Source: a virus
Taxonomy: Duplodnaviria > Heunggongvirae > Uroviricota > Caudoviricetes
Virus record (IMG/VR): IMGVR_UViG_3300002835_000064
Direction: 5' to 3' (one strand)
DNA: 31,107 bases
The notes under the pieces were generated by a model, which made no database searches, was not told where the DNA came from, and worked only from the letters and a program-made list of their open reading frames with translations. Shown in pieces: positions 24,568 through 31,107 of the stretch. Every line of letters begins with the position of its first letter. The first letter of the stretch is position 1. A program made the translations under genes and the position numbers.

Positions 24568-26898
24568 ATGAGTAATCGATACTTCGGTGGGATAATATCC
24601 GCTACTAAAATAACGACATCTGGGACTACATATACTGGCTCAGCTAGTGGTATATGGAATTTAGTTCAGCAAGCTCGACAAAAACAGTTAAATGCTTGGC
24701 CTAAAGGTAAAGGTATATCAGAACCATTGGATCCGCCCGTAAGTTCAGTAACGGCGGGAAATGAGGTGGCTACTATTGCATTTACTGCACCTCAGGATAA
24801 TGGTGGAGATGCAGTAATTGGTTATATCGCTACTGCGAATCCGGGTAATATAACGTCGACTGCTGCTACATCTCCAATTACTATATACGGATTAACTAAC
24901 GATCAAATCTATTATATAAGTGTTGCTGCTACTAATTCTTTCGGTAGTACTTTAAAATCGACTCCATATCCAATTACACCAACTAATACATTAGGAACTA
25001 CGATTCCGAGTAAACCAACTAATGTATCAGCGAGTGTTGGTGGTGGTTATGCACTAATAACATTTACTACTCCTTCTAGTATTGGTAGTTCTGCTATTAG
25101 TAGCTATCGGGTAATATCGTCACCAGATGGATTAGTTAATACTGGTACTACCACTTCAATACCAATATACGGTTTAGTTCCTGGAAAATCATATACATTT
25201 AGAGTTATTGCTATCAATACCCAAGGTTCTAGTGCGCCTAGTTTACCAAGTAATAGTGTAATTCCAACTTTACCGGGTAAGCCATCAAGTCCGACTATAA
25301 CATCTGCGGTTTTTGGTAATACTCAAGCTACGATTTACTTCAATCCGTCAGCCGATTTAGGTGGATCTGCTTGCACATACACAATTACTTCATCACCTAG
25401 TGGAAAAACTGCAAGTGGGTTATCATCACCTATTATAGTTACTGGATTAATAAATGGGGTGACCTATACTTTTACTATGACTGCTGCTAATTCTATTGGT
25501 ATAAGTGATAAAAGTAATGTTAGTAGCTTTGTTGTTCCAGCAACTATACCTAGTACACCGGTTATTACGTCTGTGACTGCGGGCGATTCTCAGATTAACG
25601 TATTCTTTAGAATCCCGATAAATGGCGGTAGTATTATTTCTAATTATCGGGTAACTAGTTCCGGTGGTCAAATAGCTAATGGTACGACCTCACCAATTAC
25701 AGTAACCGGATTAACCAATAATACATCATATACGTTTACTATGCTTGCGACTAATGCGATTGGTAATAGTCTTGTTAGTAATACTAGTTTAAGTATCAAA
25801 CCGGTCGGTGCTCCGCCTGTTCCGCCAATAGCTTATGCAACATCAATTAATAGTTCAACTACCCAATCATTTGTTTTAAATTGGGATACAAATTCTGGTT
25901 ATACATATACGGTTTGGAGTACTGGCGGTCAAGTTTCTGGCGTAACCACATCCGGATCTACTATATTATATCAATACGGAACAACGATATTAGAGCCGGA
26001 TAGTTCATATACCTTTTATGTAAGAGCAACTAATGCTTACGGTTCAGTTTATTCTAATTCAGTAAGTGTTACTATTCCAAAAGCGGCTGTCGCATTAAAT
26101 ATTACTGGGACGTCGGTTCCATTAGTAATAAATAGTACTTGGGCTGCAAATCAAGGTTGGTCATTAGCAAATCAAGCTAAACCAGCAGAAGTCACCATTA
26201 ATATAACGGGTACTTGTACATCACAGTATTATAATACTTCATCAACCTATAACACAAATTCAAATTATTCCACGTATACATTAATGATTCAGTTAACTGG
26301 ATTACATGCCAGTTCGACTATTACGATTAATGTAAATAGTGAGATCCGCGGTATTTACGCTGATTATGCATATTATTATGATTCTGGTTGGTGGAGAAGA
26401 AGTGGTTATGATGGTGGTCCGGCATTATATATTGCATGCAATAAAAATGTTACTTTATATAACTATAGTACTATTGGTGGAGCTGGGGGTGGTGGTGGTG
26501 TTGGTGGGGCTGGATTAAATGCACCTGAGCCTGGTGATGGTGGAGCTGGTGGTAGAGGCGGGAATGCTTTAATAATTCAACCTGGCTATACGACTACTAT
26601 TTACAATTACGGTAATTTAGTTGGTGGTGGCGGCGGAGGGGGTGGTGGTTCTGGTGGTTCTGGAGCTGGTATTCCTCGAGGTGGCACAACTTCAAATAAT
26701 TATAGTGGGGGTGCTGGTGGTCAAGGTTCTGGTGGTGCTGCCGGTGGTTCTGGTGGGGGCTGGGGTGGTTATGGAACTCAGGGTTCTCAGGGATATTATG
26801 CTACCGGTGGTGCGGGTGGGGCTCCTGGGTCATATATAGTAAATGGTAGTTACGCATCCTGGGCTGTTACCGGTAATAGATATGGTAATGCCGGATAA
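24568..26898 (+). CDS. Adhesin B: paralog of 17531 (Trp motif + 5 Fn3 + gp38-like glycine-rich tip, 776 aa)
   Basis: Same architecture as adhesin A. N-terminus SASGIWNLVQQARQKQLNAWPKG, GGPALYI...NYSTIGGAGGGGG, and C-terminus SWAVTGNRYG. Confidence 0.8.
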   Translation: MSNRYFGGIISATKITTSGTTYTGSASGIWNLVQQARQKQLNAWPKGKGISEPLDPPVSSVTAGNEVATIAFTAPQDNGGDAVIGYIATANPGNITSTAATSPITIYGLTNDQIYYISVAATNSFGSTLKSTPYPITPTNTLGTTIPSKPTNVSASVGGGYALITFTTPSSIGSSAISSYRVISSPDGLVNTGTTTSIPIYGLVPGKSYTFRVIAINTQGSSAPSLPSNSVIPTLPGKPSSPTITSAVFGNTQATIYFNPSADLGGSACTYTITSSPSGKTASGLSSPIIVTGLINGVTYTFTMTAANSIGISDKSNVSSFVVPATIPSTPVITSVTAGDSQINVFFRIPINGGSIISNYRVTSSGGQIANGTTSPITVTGLTNNTSYTFTMLATNAIGNSLVSNTSLSIKPVGAPPVPPIAYATSINSSTTQSFVLNWDTNSGYTYTVWSTGGQVSGVTTSGSTILYQYGTTILEPDSSYTFYVRATNAYGSVYSNSVSVTIPKAAVALNITGTSVPLVINSTWAANQGWSLANQAKPAEVTINITGTCTSQYYNTSSTYNTNSNYSTYTLMIQLTGLHASSTITINVNSEIRGIYADYAYYYDSGWWRRSGYDGGPALYIACNKNVTLYNYSTIGGAGGGGGVGGAGLNAPEPGDGGAGGRGGNALIIQPGYTTTIYNYGNLVGGGGGGGGGSGGSGAGIPRGGTTSNNYSGGAGGQGSGGAAGGSGGGWGGYGTQGSQGYYATGGAGGAPGSYIVNGSYASWAVTGNRYGNAG

Positions 26899-26924
26899 TA
26901 CATTTACCAAATAAATTTAAATAC

Positions 26925-26932
26925 TATAAATA
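26925..26932 (+). promoter_or_regulatory. Late promoter TATAAATA (exact T4 late consensus)
   Basis: Exact TATAAATA, intergenic, upstream of the 320-aa gene. Confidence 0.65.
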
Positions 26933-26963
26933 AAAGGTGAGTGATTATTTCATTCACTTTTTT
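26932..26963 (+). terminator. Hairpin with T-tract (terminator of adhesin B, or 5' leader stem of the next transcript)
   Basis: AAAAGGTGAGTGA-TTATT-TCATTCACTTTTT forms a 13-bp stem with two G-U pairs and ends in T6. Confidence 0.6.
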
Positions 26964-26990
26964 AATACCCCTAACATAAGGATAAAATTT

Positions 26991-27953
26991 ATGGCATGGG
27001 AAACAACCGATTCTACCCCGAAGGTAGAAGTGATAGAGGATACGAAAATGGTAGATACAGTTATAGCACAGCCATCGCAAGATGGTATGTTCGGTGGCGG
27101 CACACTTGGTGCTGTTTTATTAGGTTCTTTACTTCCCCGTTTAGTTGGTAATGGTACCGACGCTGCAGCTTTAGCTGCTTCACAAAACAATCAAGGTACG
27201 ACTCAAATCTTACAAGCATTGAATCAATCAATGTCTTCTAATGGTTTAGTTAACACAATTCAAGATATTAACAGAATTGGTCATGATGTTGCTACAAGTG
27301 CTGGTGATACTCAAGCTGCTATTGCTGCTGGTAATTTAAATACTACTGTCGCTATGTTGCAAGGTCAAAATACCTTATCTAGTACTGTTGCTGCAGCTGC
27401 AGCTGACGTTACGGCTAATGTAAATAATTCACGCAATGGAGTTATTGACGCAGTTAATCAATCGATTAATATGCTTGATTCTGATTTGCATGGTTTAGCT
27501 AATAATGTAACTGCTGGTTTTGGTGCGATCACGGATAATATGAATCGCAATAATTTAGCTAATTTAGCAGCGTCTCATGCGAATGAAGTAGCTACATTAA
27601 CTTCTGCTTATGCATTACAAACAGCTATTACCAATGACGGTTCAAAAACTCGTGATTTGATTAATGCATATAATACAGCTGATTTAAATCGTCAGATCGT
27701 TGTTGCTGAAAATCGTGTTGCTGAGTTATTGGGTGATAATCGTCATGCTAGAAGTACAAGTGATATTATTATCAACAATAACAGTAATGCGACGGCTATT
27801 TCTAATGCAATGCAGTTACAAGCTCAACAACAACAATTTACTACATTAGCTGGCGGTTTATCTACTGCTTTAGCTCAATTGTCAAATTTAACGAATATTA
27901 CACTGACAAACACCAATACTGGGACAAATACTCAGCGCAGTGTTCAAGTGTAA
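26991..27953 (+). CDS. Hypothetical protein: Gly-rich hydrophobic segment + long Ala/Asn-rich helical region (320 aa; 301 aa from ATG 27048)
   Basis: The GTG 26937 start lies inside the hairpin and is unlikely. ATG 26991 (AAGGA) and ATG 27048 (GAGGA) each have a ribosome-binding site 7 nt upstream. GMFGGGTLGAVLLGSLLPRLVG is followed by a heptad-like region. Confidence 0.8.
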   Translation: MAWETTDSTPKVEVIEDTKMVDTVIAQPSQDGMFGGGTLGAVLLGSLLPRLVGNGTDAAALAASQNNQGTTQILQALNQSMSSNGLVNTIQDINRIGHDVATSAGDTQAAIAAGNLNTTVAMLQGQNTLSSTVAAAAADVTANVNNSRNGVIDAVNQSINMLDSDLHGLANNVTAGFGAITDNMNRNNLANLAASHANEVATLTSAYALQTAITNDGSKTRDLINAYNTADLNRQIVVAENRVAELLGDNRHARSTSDIIINNNSNATAISNAMQLQAQQQQFTTLAGGLSTALAQLSNLTNITLTNTNTGTNTQRSVQV

Positions 27954-28003
27954 TTGATTTAATTGAGCCTAAGAAAAAACCATATGGTTTAGTCTTACTA
28001 CGG

Positions 28004-28030
28004 AAGGAGTGAATTTACTTCACTCCTTTT
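28004..28030 (+). terminator. Intrinsic terminator
   Basis: Perfect 10-bp stem AAGGAGTGAA-TTTAC-TTCACTCCTT ending in T4. Confidence 0.75.
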
Positions 28031-28036
28031 AAAAAC

Positions 28037-28044
28037 CATAAATA
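28037..28044 (+). promoter_or_regulatory. Putative late promoter CATAAATA
   Basis: Lies 6 nt after the terminator and 24 nt before ATG 28068. Context AAAACCATAAATA is identical to 28772-28784. Confidence 0.6.
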
Positions 28045-28067
28045 GATGCAGAGAATGAGAGAATATT

Positions 28068-28460
28068 ATGTATACGAGTGCCGTAACCCAGTTAGATGAT
28101 TTGCAAACCAAAATTAATGTTTTAAAACAGCAGCAATTAGGCGGTTATAATTTTCAGCCTAACAACCCTCTTATTAATAATATTACTCCTGACCAAATTC
28201 AACTTATGGTTCAGCAAGAAATTGCAAAATATATACCTCAGGCGAAATTACCTGAGCCGGAAATTCCTTTAACTGAACATCAGAAGATGATAAAGGAAAT
28301 CAATGATTTAGCGGCTTCTGTTCTATCAGCAGAAGACCTAAATTGGTTAAGTGATTCTACTGTTTTAAAAGGGATCCCACTTTTCCTCAAATCAGCTAGA
28401 GGTAAAGAAGCTTTTTCTTTATTACTATCTGAATATCGCTCTTATGTCGAGGGCAAATAA
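28068..28460 (+). CDS. Hypothetical helical Gln/Pro-rich protein (130 aa)
   Basis: Purine-rich upstream sequence GAGAGA. Short N-terminal coiled-coil-like segment QLDDLQTKINVLKQQQ, then a Pro-rich linker and a helical C-terminus. Confidence 0.7.
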   Translation: MYTSAVTQLDDLQTKINVLKQQQLGGYNFQPNNPLINNITPDQIQLMVQQEIAKYIPQAKLPEPEIPLTEHQKMIKEINDLAASVLSAEDLNWLSDSTVLKGIPLFLKSARGKEAFSLLLSEYRSYVEGK

Positions 28461-28481
28461 ATTAATCTTGGAGAGGACGTT

Positions 28482-28697
28482 ATGAAAAGTGCGACAAATA
28501 TTAACCAAACTATCGCATACACGACTATCACTAGCTTGGAAGTTCCAACAATGAAAGTCGCGATTGATAGTGATGGTAATAGATTTGATGTACCTGGAGA
28601 TGCAATGGTAGGCGACGTATTAGTTTTCCCGACGGATACGACGACTCCGATTTGTATGCCCCTTGATTTATTTCAAGTTGGTCGTACATTGTCATAG
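28482..28697 (+). CDS. Hypothetical small beta-rich acidic protein (71 aa)
   Basis: Strong GGAGGA ribosome-binding site. Followed by a terminator. Confidence 0.75.
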   Translation: MKSATNINQTIAYTTITSLEVPTMKVAIDSDGNRFDVPGDAMVGDVLVFPTDTTTPICMPLDLFQVGRTLS

Positions 28698-28708
28698 TAG
28701 TTTTAGTG

Positions 28709-28737
28709 GGGATGGATTTAATAATCCATCCCTTTTT
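28709..28737 (+). terminator. Intrinsic terminator
   Basis: Perfect 10-bp stem GGGATGGATT-TAAT-AATCCATCCC followed by T5. Confidence 0.8.
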
Positions 28738-28776
28738 ATTTATAGTAATCAAGTATTTATATTATTCCAAGAAAAC

Positions 28777-28784
28777 CATAAATA
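28777..28784 (+). promoter_or_regulatory. Putative late promoter CATAAATA
   Basis: Intergenic, after the terminator and 30 nt before ATG 28814 (GGAG ribosome-binding site). Confidence 0.6.
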
Positions 28785-28813
28785 TTCATATTTAAATATG
28801 GAGATTTTATTGC

Positions 28814-29176
28814 ATGGCTATTCGAAATCCTACCCAATTATCCATTGATTTTAATGCAGATATCAAAACTGAATTAGCTAATGGTCGAGTTACTGCAAAT
28901 CGCATCATTACCAATAATATCACAGTACCATTTAATAGTTATGGTGTAGGATCAGTTGATATCGATGCATCAATGGAACCGATGCAATTAGGTATTGCAA
29001 CAACTGGCGTATTTACTAGCGAGGATCCAGTTGAATTTTTAATTAATAATGAATCATCAGTTATTACTAAATTATTTGCATATGATGGGCCCGAAGTTCT
29101 TATTAGTGTTTTAACTACTTCGGAAGCTTCAATTACTGTTGAATACGCATTAGGCGTTTCAACCTTAGCTGAGTAA
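28814..29176 (+). CDS. Hypothetical beta-rich acidic protein (120 aa)
   Basis: GGAG ribosome-binding site, downstream of a putative late promoter. No recognised motif. Confidence 0.7.
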   Translation: MAIRNPTQLSIDFNADIKTELANGRVTANRIITNNITVPFNSYGVGSVDIDASMEPMQLGIATTGVFTSEDPVEFLINNESSVITKLFAYDGPEVLISVLTTSEASITVEYALGVSTLAE

Positions 29177-29185
29177 GATATAATT

Positions 29186-31107
29186 ATGAGCGCGTATTCC
29201 CCGTATAATGACACCCCAGCATCAGTTAATGATGACGGCAATAGAATTTCTATTTCATTCGAAAGAACCTCCGATACTACTGCTAATGTAATTTGGGGGA
29301 TACCTGCGAATATTGATAATCCATACTTACCACCTGATTTTTATAATGGTATCTTATTATTATTAGATACTAAACCAATTGAAGTTAAACCAGTTAATGG
29401 AACGTATTATCAATTTGATACTACACTCGACGTAAATAAATTTATGGGTGATGGTATCGGCGATACTTTAGTTATCGGTGCATTTTATAATGATAAAACG
29501 ACATCTAGTATCCAATTAACTGATTTATTACCTAATACGAATTATTATATTGCTGGTTTTGCTATTGATAATATTGCGTATTATCATGACGGTATTTTTA
29601 GCTATTCAATTCCAATGCAGTTAAATAAAAAATCTGCAGATACTAAAGGTCGTCATACCATTGAATTAAATGCTTTAATTACTGATACTATCGATATCGA
29701 TAATGATTTATTCATTACTATTGATGATAAAGATTATACATTTAATATTCAAGCAACTAATTACCAAGAGTTAGTAGATCAAATTAACTTAAACATAATC
29801 CAAATCGATAATGTTTATCTTGGCGATACTCAGAAAAATACGAATGCGTTTAGAATAACTAATAATAAATTGTTTAAATTTGATGGTTATAATGAAATTG
29901 AACAAGAATGTTTTTTTGGACCTCAATCTGCTAATATTTTAAACGTCGGTGATTATTGGCTTTCCGATGAATTATATAAATGGGATGAGGCTTGGGAAAT
30001 ACAAGATTCTTTCAAATATATAAAACCAATTAATGAATTATCTTGTTCTGATCATTGGTTAGCACCTACTAAAACATATACGTTAAATAATAAAGTTTGG
30101 AAAGCTCATAAAACTTATTATTCATTTGATGATCCAGCTTTAACTAAACAATTTAAATGCAATGAAATTTGGTTTAATAATAAAACCTTTTCAAAATATA
30201 ATACCGGATGTAAAAATAATTGGTCTCCAATTACTGTTTTTACAAGTGATGTAGATCCATTAACTTTTTCAGATGGTTATTATTGGTATAATGGTTCTAA
30301 TGTTTATCAATTAATTAATAAACAATGGGTATTAACTGATATTGATATGTCGGCGACTAGACCGACACCAGTTCCTGATCTTAATTGGTATGATAAAGTA
30401 ACTAATACCGTTTATACATATAATGTTATGAGTTTATCTTGGATTGCATTAGGAATTGATATTATTAATGTATCATATGATGTAACTAATCCGGATGAGT
30501 GGTATTGGTTTGATACTACTGATTTATATGCTTGGGATATTTTAAATTTATTATGGGTGAACATTCCTTATATTACTAATGCAACCGACCCTACATTATC
30601 TCCGATCAAAACTAATGATTTTTGGTTTGATAATACGCTACATAAATGGGACGGTTCTCAATGGGTTGATGTTGATTACTTTCAACAAAATACTGAACCG
30701 AAATTAGCAATAAATGATTTTTGGTATGATACGATAAATAAATTGTATCGTCAGTTTGATGGTATATCATGGACTATTGTACAAGGATGTTCCCTTTTAA
30801 CTGATCCGTCTATCGTCCAGACCGGTCAATTATGGTACAATACATCGAGTAATACATTATATACCTGGAACGGTATTAACTGGCAAACTTTGATGTATAG
30901 TACTTCTTCGCTTAAACCAAAAACAAACGATTTATGGTTTAATACTTCAAATAATAAATTATTTAAATTTAATCGAATTTGGGTTGAAACACAACCTAGA
31001 GCACTCTGTGAATTTATTAACGGCAATATAACTATAACTAGCAATACACTAGGTAGTAAATCTAGAATTGTTATGCCAGAACTACATAATAACGACTATA
31101 ACTTATT
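29186..31107 (+). CDS. Large Trp-repeat protein, probably virion structural, 3'-truncated (>=640 aa); absent from the ORF track
   Basis: ATG 29186 opens MSAYSPYNDTPASVNDDGNRISISFERTSDTTANVIWGIP... with no stop before the window end. About 10 repeats of the type (N/G)DxW(Y/F)(D/N)....L(Y/F)xW(D/N)G..W lie between about 29945 and 30985. Confidence 0.8.
   Translation, partial: MSAYSPYNDTPASVNDDGNRISISFERTSDTTANVIWGIPANIDNPYLPPDFYNGILLLLDTKPIEVKPVNGTYYQFDTTLDVNKFMGDGIGDTLVIGAFYNDKTTSSIQLTDLLPNTNYYIAGFAIDNIAYYHDGIFSYSIPMQLNKKSADTKGRHTIELNALITDTIDIDNDLFITIDDKDYTFNIQATNYQELVDQINLNIIQIDNVYLGDTQKNTNAFRITNNKLFKFDGYNEIEQECFFGPQSANILNVGDYWLSDELYKWDEAWEIQDSFKYIKPINELSCSDHWLAPTKTYTLNNKVWKAHKTYYSFDDPALTKQFKCNEIWFNNKTFSKYNTGCKNNWSPITVFTSDVDPLTFSDGYYWYNGSNVYQLINKQWVLTDIDMSATRPTPVPDLNWYDKVTNTVYTYNVMSLSWIALGIDIINVSYDVTNPDEWYWFDTTDLYAWDILNLLWVNIPYITNATDPTLSPIKTNDFWFDNTLHKWDGSQWVDVDYFQQNTEPKLAINDFWYDTINKLYRQFDGISWTIVQGCSLLTDPSIVQTGQLWYNTSSNTLYTWNGINWQTLMYSTSSLKPKTNDLWFNTSNNKLFKFNRIWVETQPRALCEFINGNITITSNTLGSKSRIVMPELHNNDYNL

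Noticed and set aside
19200-26898. Glycine-rich tracts as PE-PGRS-like or eukaryotic low-complexity proteins
   Set aside because: There is no PE domain. The spacing, the GGPAL and NxxxIxGGGGGG motifs and the terminal W..G..YG fit a gp38-type adhesin in a tail-gene context.
26937-26990. GTG start giving a 338-aa protein
   Set aside because: The GTG lies 5 nt after the promoter motif, inside the hairpin, with no room for a ribosome-binding site on a locally initiated transcript. The downstream ATGs have good ribosome-binding sites.
26991-27953. Holin/antiholin suggested by the dual start
   Set aside because: The protein is far longer than typical holins, has only one marginal hydrophobic segment, and no endolysin or spanin gene is adjacent.
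63-31044. Minus-strand ORFs and alternative-frame plus-strand ORFs in the track (e.g. 63-524, 4929-5414, 18769-19143, 19362-19580, 19584-19916, 26954-27190, 28939-29241)
   Set aside because: They all overlap well-supported + strand genes and are shadows of repetitive Gly/Thr/Val codons. No ribosome-binding sites or recognisable motifs.
1-31107. Bacterial surface-adhesin island (Fn3, LamG, Asp-box) rather than phage
   Set aside because: No signal peptides, autotransporter barrels or secretion genes are visible. A tail-fibre chaperone, Mtd_N domains, fibre-shaft repeats and T4-type late promoter motifs favour a phage.
1-31107. Stop-codon reassignment, seen in some large phages
   Set aside because: Long ORFs are intact in the standard code, and TAA, TAG (11340, 16684, 28697) and TGA (23840) all end genes at sensible junctions.
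1-31107. Invertible tail-fibre cassette (Gin/Cin-type) to switch tips
   Set aside because: All tip genes are on the same strand, and I saw no invertase gene or long inverted crossover repeats.

Overview
AT-rich (roughly 30-35% GC by eye) region with every credible gene on the + strand. It reads as the tail-appendage / receptor-binding late-gene locus of a large, probably jumbo, T4-related tailed phage. Contents in order: a giant repeat-built tail fibre that starts before the window (>=2717 aa), an Mtd_N-domain protein, a LamG-containing tip protein, a tail-fibre assembly chaperone, a 1507-aa Asp-box repeat protein, two mini-fibres, a small adaptor-like gene, two paralogous Fn3x5 + gp38-like glycine-rich adhesins (777 and 776 aa), an Mtd_N/collagen protein, a three-gene cassette of unknown function, a stand-alone gene for a 320-aa helical protein, three small hypotheticals, and a Trp-repeat ORF running off the right end that the ORF track missed. 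Seven intergenic NATAAATA motifs (T4-type late promoter) and four intrinsic terminator hairpins divide the locus into units. I found no RNA genes, CRISPR array, integrase, transposase or reverse transcriptase. Best leads: (i) a modular fibre-adaptor-tip system with two equal-length, apparently interchangeable adhesins, (ii) the insulated 320-aa hydrophobic-peptide/coiled-coil gene and its two neighbours, (iii) a fixed hypervariable position in the Asp-box repeats. All domain names come from motif recognition, not database searches.
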